64,000 bases of DNA from Octopus vulgaris (Eukaryota). The DNA lies in assembly GCA_951406725.2 (NCBI GenBank), contig OX597836.1, positions 29,884,001-29,948,000 of the forward strand. The letters run 5' to 3'. The position numbers were made by a program, and so were the translations under genes. Below the pieces are notes generated by a model. The model made no database searches. It was not told where the DNA came from and was given only the letters and a program-made list of their open reading frames with translations. Positions 25,092 through 37,469 of this stretch are shown here, piece by piece. The stretch's first letter is position 1; each line of letters begins with the position of its first letter.

Positions 25092-26917
25092 CTGTTTAAT
25101 CAAGTTGGCAATTATCCAAGTGAATGTTAAATTATCAGCTTGGTTTTCCATAAAATAGACAATCTTGCTCACATTGGTAATATCATATTGGGTGATATAT
25201 TGTGTAGGATAAGATTATTATCCCAAACACTTCAATAGCAATTTGATAAAACCATGCAACACATACAGAGAAGAGAAGCTACATGTAACACTCCCACATG
25301 CATGTACAAACCTCATGCAAATTATACAATGGAAGATATTTGCTTTGAACGCATTATTTACAGCAATTATAAGGGGGGGGAGAGAGAGAAACAGTTGATT
25401 GTTAAGTGTCTTTGCCAGGGACACAAAACTAGTTCATATGGACCCCCTCCTCCCAACCTCTCGCTCTCTTAAAACTTTATAATGCTTAAATTATCAATAT
25501 GCAGAAAAAACAGAAATTATTTATTGGCGTATTTTTTTTTTGTAGCTAATTTAAAGGCAAGGAGCATGCTTGATATGAATTATATTTCTTATACACACAC
25601 AAACATATGCATGATTTATTTGATTTTAAACCACCTGAGTGACTCAAGGCCCTTCAGTTGCCTATGAGGCTTCAGAGCTACTAAATAAATAATATAGATA
25701 TATATATATGTATATATATGTATGTATATATTCATTCGGCTTTATGTATTAAATTGTCTTTTGTTTGTAAAATCAATATATATATACACACACATATTTA
25801 TATAAATATATATATATGTGCACACATGTATACATACAGTATGTGTATACATATATACACACATATACAAATATACATACATACACATCACAAATAAAGA
25901 ATACTTAGTGCTTAACCAAGCTTTCAATTTTGTCATTTTCTTCCCGTGAGACTATTATTTGAAGTGTCAAGAATTATTAATAATAAGCATTATATGGTTA
26001 AGATATATATATTTACAATTACATATGCCAGCTGACATGACATTAATTGCCGAACAGATGCACTCAGACGAATACCTTTCATAATCACATCAAGTTGGAA
26101 TGTGCTTCTCTGTGCCAAATTTCCAATCACAAACCAGTATTCTTGTAGTGACCATCCTGCATCTGTTTTTCCCGTTTCTTGTACTTCCCTGTTTTGCATG
26201 TTACTAGTGCCAGTGATACACAAAAAAAGCCCCCAATACACACTCTAAAGTGGTTGGCATTAGGAAGGGCACCATACCAAAGCAGACAGGGAGCATAATG
26301 CAGTCCTGTGGCTCACAACATCTGGTCAAACCATCCAACCCATGCCAGCTTGGAAAAAGGGATGTTAAATGATAATGATGATGATGATGATAATAATGAT
26401 GAGCATTATATAAAGGACTCTTTGAAGGAGATTTGGTAGCTAATCTTAGCAATGAAGACACCTCAACATGGTCAACTTAGCACAGTGGCCATGTAGAGGG
26501 TTCTTTGTTAGTTTACTTAGTACATGTCTAAATTGCTACACTACATCCCACACGATTCATCTCTGTAAGTAATGTATGGCAATCAGCAAGGCAGGGACAT
26601 TGCATACCTGGAATAATATATCAGTCAGTTACATCTAAGTCAATTTGGGCCGTTATTTACATGCCACAGGTCTGCTCTATCAGAGCTGATCTGGAGGTTA
26701 CAAAACAGTAGTATAGTAATTTAAGTATCCAATCATGCCTGGTAAGAATCAATAAAATGTAGCAGACTTTGAGAAAGATACATATAATCTAAGAATTGTA
26801 TTTTCATTTTTTTAAAATTCCCCCAAAACAATCAAACAAGTTTACATAAAAGAAAAAAAAATTAGTAATTGAGGAAATATTTCAAACAAAAATGATTTTA
26901 TAAGACAACAAAAGCTT

Positions 26918-27373
26918 TTAACACTTTAGGATTTAAATCAGCCATATCTGGATCAAATAGTCTACCTGTTTTATGTACAAAATGACCAGATCCGGCCTTT
27001 TACACTTACTCTACAATGTCATTCTAAAAATAAACAATCACATCATCAAAATTTTGAAGCTATGAGATAATGCATGATAAATTAAAAACAATGTGAATAA
27101 AACTAAGTATTACATTTGACAGAGTAATTTGAATGCTAAAAGGTTAACCCTTTCGTTACCAACTCGGCTGAAACCGGCTCTGGCTCTGTAGTACAAAGGT
27201 CTTGTTTTCATAAGTTTTGAATTAAAATCTTCTACCAAACTTTAGTCACAATTTATGTTCTTAACACTGGCTGAATGATAACTAAGTTATTTTACTAAAT
27301 TCTTTGTTATATCTAAAGTAATTGAAAGAAACACAGAGCATCTCAAAATAAATACAGTAACGAAAAGGGTTAA
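26918..27373. mobile_element. Two different piggyBac-type MITEs in tandem sharing one TTAA (27144..27147)
   Basis: ...aatgctaaaagg|TTAA|ccctttcgttacc... junction; outer TTAA at 26918 and 27370. Confidence 0.8.
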
Positions 27374-28852
27374 ATGTCTTTTTTCATTCAATAGAACTTA
27401 TTTACTTATATCTAAATATTGCATATTTGAATGAGTCCATATGTGGCAGGGTGACATGAGTAGCAAGATTTTGAGCAAAGGGACTTTTCTTTCTGAAAAA
27501 GAGGGTGGAATGAATATATATGGTGTCTTCTCTCTGAAGAATTTACCTAATGTACTTTTGCTGACCAAAGACTACTACTAGTTTCCTTGGACACCGGCTA
27601 CCTTTGATTTGCTGTGTCTAAATAGATAGGTGCAGGCGTGTCTGTATATGCAACAAGTTTGCTTCCCAGGGATTTATGTTCAGTCCCACTGTGTGACATT
27701 CTCGTCTTTTCAAAAATAAACAGTATGATTTATCTTTTCATGTATTACTGGTTCCAGGTATCGGACCGTGGCCATGCTGGAGTCTTGAAAGCTTCAGTTG
27801 AACAAATTGATCCCAGTACTTTTCCTATAGGTCACTTTTACCTAACCACTAAGTAATGGGGATATTAACAAACCAATATTGGTTACCAAGCAGTAGTAGG
27901 AGACAAACACAAAAATACATACACACACATGTATATATTTTTTATTGCCCACAAGGGGCTAAACATAGAGGGGACAAACAAGGACAGACAAAGGGATTAA
28001 GTTGGTTACATCAACCCCAGTGCGTAACTGGTACTTTATTTATCGACCCCGAAAGGATGAAAGGCAAAGTCAACCTCGGTGGAATTTGAACTCAGAACGT
28101 AACAGCAGACGAAATACCACTCAGCATTTCGCCCGGCGTGCTAACAGTTCTGCCAGCTCACCGCCTTTCATACACACACATGTATATATGATAGGCTTCT
28201 TTCAGTTTTCATTTACCAAATTCACTGACAAGGCTTTGGTTGGTCTGAGGCTATAGTAGGCGACACTTGCCCAAGGACTGATCCTGGAACATATGGTTGG
28301 GAAGCAAACTTCTCACCACCCAGCCACACCTGCATCTATTCAAGCAAAGTCTAGTCTCTATGTCTAGTGACTCAAGCAACAGCACAAAAGCCCCCGATTT
28401 AATGTGGGTGCTGTTACTGACTTGAATTAGTTCTGTCCTGCTACAACAGAAGTACAAGGAAAGGTGTTCTGGCCATGACCTCCACATCGCTTCAATTTTT
28501 GTTTTATGCTTTTCAGACATACTACATCAGCATCTATATCAAATTCGTCCATTTTTTAAGAGACAGTATGGTGTGATTTAATAAAAATTTAACCACTGTG
28601 TCTAGCATGTAAAATAATCAGGTAAAAACATTCTTCACTGCTTTATGATAATTGTCTAATGCTTACACCATAAGGTGTTAATGTCCCAGTAGCAATGTTC
28701 TACACCGTTTCTTGTCATCGTTATTTGGAAAATTCTATAACCTATTTAGATATATACTGAACCAAAAAAAAAAAAAAAAAAATTCAAAAAATGTAATAAG
28801 AAATATTGTAGATAGAAATATTGAGAAGGAAAAATATAAAAAACACCTTAAC

Positions 28853-28888
28853 TCTGTTCTTTATTAAAATGAGGCAACACGGGAGTTT
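28853..28888 (-). CDS. TJP1: Weak candidate 36-nt cassette exon in U5 loop (ETPVLPHFNKEQ); 42-nt stop-containing form with an alternative donor
   Basis: gttttcacgtag|AAACTCCCG...GAACAGA|gttaag (weak donor, phase 1) or ...AGTTAAG|gtgttt (includes TAA). Confidence 0.25.
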
Positions 28889-29249
28889 CTACGTGAAAAC
28901 AATCACAATATAACAGCGTGCTATTGATGAAAATAACTACAAATATTGCAAATAACAGAGAACAAGTGTTATGAGAAAATCTAACTTCAACAATGGAATA
29001 TATAAACATTTGTTCTATTAGCTCTTTTGTTTCTCACCTATGTTTCAGTGATATAGTATTGGAAACACTGTAGAATATGAACTGAATACACACACATACA
29101 CACACAAGTGCATAAATGTGTGTCTATGAATATAAATATATATATATATACACACACGCCTATATATTAATATACCGATACATTAGTACATATGTATATA
29201 TATAGGTAAATATTAATAAATATATATTGAGAGGGGTGGAGAGGTATAT

Positions 29250-29345
29250 ATTAGTGTGTGTGTGTGTGTATATATATATATATGTATATATATGTGTGTA
29301 TATATACGTATATATATGTGTGTATATATATACATGTATATATAC

Positions 29346-29414
<69 letters not shown>

Positions 29415-29452
29415 TATATATATATGTATATATGGGTGTATATTTATGTGTG

Positions 29453-29502
<50 letters not shown>

Positions 29503-29520
29503 TATACATATATATAATTA
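29250..29520. repeat. Compound (TA)n/(TG)n microsatellite; many others, e.g. 9184..9220, 16116..16180, 30495..30552, 36170..36213, 43333..43470, 50940..51120
   Basis: Directly visible; source of the YIYIYI ORF artefacts. Confidence 0.97.
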
Positions 29521-29716
29521 AAAACTTTTCTGGCTACAGACTTTCTTAGAATCCAGATAACTCAAAGAGCATGAAATAAAATACAAACTGAAAAGATTGT
29601 TGTTAAATACCACTGTGCACAAAGAAATTAATTTCAACGTATGAACTAAAATGAAGTCATGAGGAATACTGTGAAATCGTATAAGCAAATCTCTTTGCGT
29701 ACAAAGAATAACTAAC

Positions 29717-29719
29717 CAT
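29717..29719 (-). CDS. TJP1: Candidate 3-nt microexon (ATG) in U5 loop
   Basis: ttttcttctttttttttgccatactttaag|ATG|gttagt; long pyrimidine tract with UGC, phase 1 to 1, repeat-free CpG-retaining flanks. Confidence 0.45.
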
Positions 29720-30490
29720 CTTAAAGTATGGCAAAAAAAAAGAAGAAAATCGTCTGACAGACTGAACACGAACTGCACAGAACTGGGAATGTCAAGAGAG
29801 ACATTTATCAATAAAAAGAACCGTATAAAACTAGCTTTTGTAAAACAGATAAAAAAAACAACAATAAAAGAATTACAAATGTTGTAAAAGAAATCAGAAG
29901 CTTTCTAAGTACAACAAAGTGAAGAAACCAGTATGTAACTTTATATTTAAAAAATTTTTCTTGTGCTGATTTCAGTCATTGGATTGCAGCCATGTTGGGA
30001 GTTCCACCTTCATTGGCTTTTATGGATAATATCAACTCACATCCCAGTACTTTGTCTGGTGTTTATTTTATCAAGTAAGGAAAAACTGGCAAAAAGAGAC
30101 ATTACCATAATGGACTGAAATATAACAAGGTACTTTGATTGTATGTATGTAGGAGCACAAATATATATATATATATATATATATATGTGGGTGTTGAGGC
30201 GCAATGACCCAGTGGTTAGGGCAGTGGACTCATGGTTGGAGGATCACGGTTTCGATTCCCAGACCGGGCATTATGTGTGTTTATTGAGCGGAAACACCTA
30301 AAGCTCCACGAGGCTCCGGCAGGGGGTGGTGAAGAACCGTGTTTTAGTCTTTCGTCCCAACTTTCTCTCACTCTTTCTTCCTGTTTCTTGAGAAATGCAC
30401 AGGACCTTATGTAGTCACCCTTTACCATAACCTTGGATCGATCAATACTTTGTGAATAGAGTCTGATAGAGGGAGAACTGTTGAACTTAT

Positions 30491-30552
<62 letters not shown>

Positions 30553-31379
30553 AAATGAGATAGGGGTTGAAAATTCAACCCACCATGGGATAACATATAT
30601 CCAATATACTGCTAGAGAGGTACCCAACAAGACTAATACATAAATGTTAAAAATTGCCATGCAATTAATTCATCTACTGTATTATGTGGGCAAGGGTAAA
30701 AATATTACCGTAAATTAATAATACAAAATTAGAAAATGGAGAAACATACTTAAATCAATCAAACATCAACCATCAGATAATACCCAATCAATACTTTATT
30801 ACACCATTACATAACAGCAAAGACATTATACAAAATATATTGTAAATATAATTAGACAAGGAAATAGAAATATATTTTATTGGCTCTGTTAGAGATACCT
30901 TCGTTTTTGAAGTCCTTATCTGAAGACAATTATATTGTATACACAAACACACACACACATTGAGCTTATGTGGCAGGCTTTGCATGGTTGATCAACAGGT
31001 ATTTTGGCTTTCCAAAGTAGTGATATATCAAGGATCTATGACATCCTAGGTTGATATTAAAAGAAATAAGACAGGACTCACTGCAAACATTTTCAAAAGC
31101 TGTTATCATCAACTACATTCATTCAGGTCAAGGAAAAATCCATATCCCATATCCATTTTGTTTGGAAACTCAAGGACCAAAGACTGGAATGTCATCCAAT
31201 GACATGAAGCATTGTTGATAAAGCCTCTCCATACTTTAATGAGTTCAAGAATGGCAACATTTATGTAGGTGTAAAAGGATCAGATATTAAATTGGTCAAT
31301 GATATCACTTGACTAGAGATCAGAAAGTTTTATCTTATTGTTGTCATAAAAGGAAATTCCTCTTACTCAACTTCCACAT

Positions 31380-31545
31380 AGGCGCAGGAGTGGCTGTGTG
31401 GTAAGTAGCTTGCTAACCAACCACATGGTTCCGGGTTCAGTCCCACTGCGTGGCATCTTGGGCAAGTGTCTTCTGCTATAGCCTCGGGCTGCCCAAAGCC
31501 TTGTGAGTGGATTTGGTAGACGGAAACTGAAAGAAGCCTGTCGTA

Positions 31546-31588
<43 letters not shown>

Positions 31589-31794
31589 ATATGTTTGTGT
31601 GTCTGTGTTTGTCCCTCCAGCATTGCTTGACAACTGATGCTGGTGTGTTTATGTCCCCACTACTTAGCGGTTTGGCAAAAGAGACTGATAGAATAAGTAC
31701 TGGGCTTACAAAGAATAAGTCCCGGGGTCAATTTGCTCAACTAAAGGCAGTGCTCCAGCATGGCCGCAGTCAAATGACTGAAAGAAGTAAAGAG
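31380..31794 (+). mobile_element. Full-length tRNA-derived SINE, family A, with a 17-bp TSD (ttactcaacttccacat)
   Basis: Pol III A box tggctgtgtgg and B box ggttcagtcc; internal (TA)n; gaaacaagtaaaagag-type tail. Other copies on + at 16634..16996, 56626..57030, 57594..57878, 58667..59070 and 62335..62726. Confidence 0.9.
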
Positions 31795-33178
31795 TTACTC
31801 AACTTCCACATGTCTAAAAAAGTCCTGTAGATTCAAATTCATGTTTATCATAACAAATATTTTGAAGTAGTTACTCCTGAGGATAACAGGTCTGAATCAA
31901 GCATTCCATACACAAAGCATTCCAACCAACAGTATTTTTGACATGCAGTATATTTGGCCATGTGATTTACCTTGACCAATGAAAACCTATCTCAGTATGT
32001 GCTGATGTATTGAATGCTGTATGTAAAACATTATCAGTGAATTGAAATTTGCCTCTTGGGTGAGAAAAACAAATCTAGGAGCAATTATTATTGGCTTTCA
32101 AAGTAAAAGTAAGATAATTTTAGGAAACTAGCTCCCCCTCACCCTACCAATTCACTGTCTGTATCCCTTCTTATACCCACCTTCTTATGTCTTGAGATAT
32201 TTTGGCATCCCATCACCACCATCTCTATATCTTCTTTCAAGCAACTTCCATCCTTATATAATGTGGAATAGCCTTATGTCTCCTATATAGCAAGACATTT
32301 GTGCTTGTCCTTCTATCATCCTTGAGCTTTGCAACACTTGGCACAGATCCATTGTCCCTCCTCCCCTCTCCTCTCATTTTGTTAAAGAGACTTTTTCTTT
32401 TTTCCTTGTTTTTGTTCTTTTCTTGTCTTGTAACCCCACTAATGCCAGTAGCAAGTAAAAAACACCCAGTACACTCAGTAAAGTGGTTGGCATTAGAAAG
32501 TGTATCCATCCAGTGGTAGAAACCATGCCGAAACTGATACTGAAGCTGTGGCTTTGTGGTCCACCAGAATCTGTCAACCCATCCAACATGAAAAATGGAT
32601 GTTAGATGATGATGATGATGATGACAATAATGATGATGATGATGATGAGGAGGAGGAGGAATGAATTTCATAGAAAACTTAATTTTCATTATTGGGTAAA
32701 AAAAATCCAAACTGTTTTCTTAGCAGGCAAGCAAATGGTTGCAGACTTGTTTAAGTTTGATTAAACCTCGTGAGTAAAGCATAGTCTTTTCAAAAAAGAG
32801 TTACGAATTGTTTTCCTTCTAAGCATGAATAAATTTTCTGTGAAAAGAATTTCTCATTTCTTAAAATTATCATTTTTTTCTTTTTTCTTTGAGAGCTGCT
32901 AACAATTGTTTTATACATACACCATACTAAAATTAGAATTACACAATAGTAGCAGTGCTATAGTAAAAACTTTATCAGTATAACATACTTCACATAAGTG
33001 TATGCTTGAAAAACCAGAAACTGCAGGTCTTTGTCTAGGCAAAAAAACCCTTTGTGAAAACATATTGTGTTGAAAAACACTAGCTAGGCAAAGCAAAATC
33101 ACTCCGGAAATGACCACAAGAACAAATGCAAATTTCATTGTTGCTGTGGCTTCTGAATGTCACAAACTTATGTCACTT

Positions 33179-33572
33179 ACTCTCTTTTACTTGTTTCAGT
33201 CATTTGACTATGGCCATGCTGGAGCACCGCCTTTAGTCGGGCAAATCGACCCTAGGACTTATTCTTTGTAAGCCTAGTACTTATTCTAGCAGTCTCTATT
33301 GCCAAACCGCTAAGTTACGGGGACGTAAACACACCAGCATTGGTAGTCAAGCGATGTTGGGGGGACAAATGCAAACACACAAACATATACACACACACAT
33401 ACATATATACGACAGGCTTCTTTCAGTTTCCATCTACCAAATCCACTCACAAGGCTTTGGTTGGCCTGAGGTTATAGTAAAAGACACTTGCCCAAGGTCC
33501 CACGCAGTGGGACTGAACCCGGAAGCATGTGATTCGTAAGCAAGCTACTTACCACACAGCCACTCCTACGCC
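33179..33572 (-). mobile_element. SINE family A, reverse copy; other reverse copies at about 18580..19250, 27750..28332 and 63670..64000
   Basis: Reverse complement of the 31380 element, ending ...ccacacagccactcctacgcc. Confidence 0.88.
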
Positions 33573-34026
33573 TTCCAAAACAAGATCGAATCAGTTAATC
33601 TGAAGTTTTTAGAAATATTATATTAACTACACACCCGTTTTCAATGGCACTGCATAAGGAGAATAAAATTCAAACAATGAACTTGAAGCAGCTTTATAGT
33701 AAAAACTTTATGAATATAACTTAATGTATATGCATCATTGGAAAGCAAGGAGCTGCAGTTTTCCGTCTGGGAAAAATCCCTTTTGTGTTAAAAAGCACAA
33801 TATACTTCAGAACTAAGCAAAATGAAATTGCCCTTGAAACAATTATATGGTACATCACCACCTATTTTGAATTACATAAATTCAAACCAACAGTCCATTT
33901 GAGTTATTCCTCTTAGCTCATGTTTCACAACTACACAATTTACCACTGGCCAAGACTGTCAGTAAATGTCTTTACATTTGCTTTGTGAAAATCTAACATT
34001 CACTGATTGAGTAGGTTTGAAAAGAC

Positions 34027-34144
34027 CATGTATGGGTGTGTTTCAGTCTTATTAGACCTCTTCAGCAAAGTATGAATGGTCTTTAAAAGTAAATCTCATA
34101 CTTTGCTGAAGAGGTCTAATAAGACTGAAACACACCCATACATG
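34027..34144. repeat. Perfect 49-bp inverted repeat with a 20-nt loop
   Basis: 34027..34075 is the exact reverse complement of 34096..34144. Confidence 0.95.
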
Positions 34145-34491
34145 AAGTATGAAAATTAGATTTTCTCTGAAAGTAATTCTTATTTCTAGAAATTATCTCT
34201 CCTTTATTTTGTGAGTTGCTGACAACTACAGCTATGTTTTTGTTTCTCCAACTAAGAGGTAAATTCCAATTCACTGAGAAGCATTTTATGCTTGCCATTC
34301 AGTCCATCTCCACCTACCTGAATTAGGTTGGGTTTGAAGAGTACATCAGTCGTAAGTACAAGGACACACAAGTCTTAATTCGAAAAGAATGTGTGTGTTA
34401 ACTACAAGAGTATGAGCACGTGTGTGTCTGTGTATGTTAACCAGAAGAGCATGTGTGTTAACTGTGTGTGTGTGTTTTAAGTAGAGGAATG

Positions 34492-34522
<31 letters not shown>

Positions 34523-35419
34523 TAACTGAAAGAGCAGTTAAGTGTGTTAACTGGAAAAGTATGTGCATGTGTGTGTGTGTTAACTAAGAGAGAGTATAAG
34601 TTTCATACATTACATATGTACAAAATTAGTTTTAACTAGAGACCACTTCAATAAAAATAAGAAACTATATTAAAAAAAAAAAGAAAAAAGATAGGAATAT
34701 TGATTTTTGAGATAATAAAATATTTCAAATTGATAGAAAGTAAAAAAGTAAAAAAAAAATGCTTTCTCATGTGCAGACAGTAGCTTTTTGCTTGGTTTTG
34801 GTATAGACTAAGAATTATATTTAACAGAGACTTATCAAAGAGCAGATCAAAGAGGAAAAGTAGTAATTAATCCTTCTCGTTACAAACCCACCTAACAACA
34901 TTACTGTACTAAATTGTTCTTATTTAAAAGTAAATCTCAATAAAAATCTCATTGCAACACGAGTGATATGAATGGTAACATGAAATTCCAGATGGTCAAT
35001 ACCAATGTAATATAACACATACATACACACACACATATACCCATACACACAAACGTGTGTGTGTGTTCATTTATGAATTAGAAGCAGCACTAGTGTTGTA
35101 AACATTATCGACTGCACATATACACAATATATGTGTTCTGCTTGTTCACGGGCAATGCTGTGGTTCCGCATGGTGGGGATGACTCCACCAAAATGCCAGG
35201 TGCTGAAACACTTGAAAGTCACGGACAGGTGAGACAATTCTCTCTGAGCCTCAAAAAAATGGTGAAATATCAGTGTCAATCACTCCTGAATGGTAATAGG
35301 AGGTGAGTTGTCATGCTTGTCCAGCGCTTTGGGGGAAGTCATCTCTACTGTGCTGAACCACAGATGGAAACTAAAAGAAGCCCATTGCATATATATATAT
35401 ATGTGTGTATATATATATA

Positions 35420-35454
<35 letters not shown>

Positions 35455-36163
35455 GAGTATATATATATATATCTGTGTGTGTGTTTTTCTGTCTGTGTTT
35501 GTCCCCCACTACCATTTGACAATCAGTGCTAGTGTGTTTATGTCCCCGTAACTTAGCGGTTTGGGAAAAGAGATCGATAGGATAGAATAAGTATATATAT
35601 ATATATATATATCTATATATCAAAATCATTGTATTGACCAGACAATTACATGTTGTAATACATCACTGGTCACAATGTGCTTCCTTGCATTGTTGTACCT
35701 TTTGAACGATGCCATCTGACTGGTTAGGCAGGCAGGCCAACATTCTCTGCTGAATGGAATGCCAGTCTGTCACAGGGTTACCTATCTACAGCTGAGTGGA
35801 CTGGAGCAATGTGAAATGAGATGTTTCGATCAAGGACACAATGTATCACTGGTCAGGGAATCAAACTATGACCTTGGGATCATGAGTGCAACACACTAAC
35901 CACTAGGCCATGTGCCTCCATACACACACATATATATGTATAAACACACACATACATACACGCACACACATATATATATACATATATATGCAGACACACA
36001 CATATACATATATATATATATATATATATATGCATAAATACAAACATACACACACATATATATATATATATTCACATAAGAATTAAGATATAAACTCAAA
36101 TTAGACAATCAACTTTTTATACATACTCATACAGTTATAAATTCGACCGACAATGTGTGTGTA

Positions 36164-36220
<57 letters not shown>

Positions 36221-37457
36221 AGCTTGTCATTTGTACATATGTCTTATGTAGTGTTGGTTTGTTTGTATTCCCTATCTTAGCTGGTTGGCAAGAGAGGCCG
36301 ATAGAATAAGGACTAGGTTTTAAAAATAATTACTGGTGGTGATTTGTTTGACTGAACCCTTCAAGACGGTGATCTAGCATGGCCACGGTCCAGTGACTGA
36401 AACAAAGTAGCAGCGTAAAAGTGTCATCACTGAATTTTGATTCGTTGTAAAATGTAACTTGAAAAACAATCTTCAGAAAATAATGTAAACAAACAATAGA
36501 GAAATTTATGTAGAAAATAAGGAAAAATGGATAATTATAGGAGCTTTCAATCTAACGCTTTTAATAGCAACACACCTGAGACAGCCTCTGGTTCTATGAG
36601 ACAAAAACCTTTCATTTTAATGTGTTTACATTCAAATTATAACATTCCATCTTAATTTTATTTAAGACTCCTTTTGTTGTATTCAAAATACCAACAAAAT
36701 AGTGACAAAGCATTATTTTACTGAATTTCTTTAGATTATTGGTTATTTTTACAATTAAATTGAAACATATGGAGAACCGTATTTCATTAAAATTACAGTT
36801 ACAAAAGGGGGTTAAAATTTACATGCTACCAAGATCTGTCAGGTTAACAATAGAAAATTTGTTGTTTTAAAATATAAACATCAACCCCTTTAAGCATTCA
36901 GATTACTCTGTCAAATGTAACGCTTCTTTATTCACTTTGTTTTGAATTAATCATGCAGTATTACTTCATAGCATCAAGATGTGATTGTTTATTTTCAGGG
37001 TGACATTGTAAGGGAGGTGTGAGAAGTTGTATTTGGCTGGTTTGAACATAAAACAGGTAGAATGTTTGGGCTGGATATGGCAGTTTAAATGCTAAACTGG
37101 TTGAAATAGTAATATTGAAATAGAAATAGTAAATATAGAAAAAAAGCCAAACAGAAAATAACGAGAAAACATTTTCAAAAAATGTCATTGCTCATCTGAA
37201 ATATCATACATATATAGCATTCTGTGTTTTTTTTTTTCCTATTTTGCTTGTTTCTTTTTTTTTTTCTTTGAATGAAAGCAACGAGAACAACAACACTAAA
37301 TGATGCAGATTCGCATAAAACATGAACATTAACTACACAGTTAATTGGCACACACAACACACAAACGAACTGAAAGTCTCATGTTAGACACATTCAGGTG
37401 CAAAACAATTTCAAAAGAAACTAGACAGTTTAAATAAATACAGTGTCAGACACTTAC

Positions 37458-37469
37458 CAGCTTCATTGG
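37458..37469 (-). CDS. TJP1: Candidate 12-nt microexon in U5 loop (S-N-E-A)
   Basis: ttgttgcaattatttctatacttgtag|CCAATGAAGCTG|gtaagt; consensus donor, phase 1 to 1, upstream UGC, repeat-free flanks. Confidence 0.65.

Noticed and set aside
29227-29549. Multiple YIYIYI/VCVC ORFs (also 35280..36108, 43175..44312, 48120..48438, 50753..51239)
   Set aside because: Translations of (TA)n/(TG)n microsatellites.
30193-30270. tRNA-like sequences (also 31381 and 42162)
   Set aside because: They are SINE heads continuing into SINE bodies, with no intact cloverleaf, so not tRNA genes.
31082-31099. 18-nt phase-1 unit AG|CTTTTGAAAATGTTTGCA|gtgagt in the U5 intron
   Set aside because: Good donor, but the acceptor is purine-rich with no pyrimidine tract or UGC; likely chance, though cheap to add to a junction library.
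31363-31830. Recurring ORFs such as YQIHSQGFGQPEAIVEDTCPRCHAVGLNPEPCG
   Set aside because: Translations of SINE family A copies, not a protein family.
34310-34345. cag|gtaggt juxtaposition as a recursive splice site
   Set aside because: Weak pyrimidine tract; cannot be told from chance without nascent RNA data.
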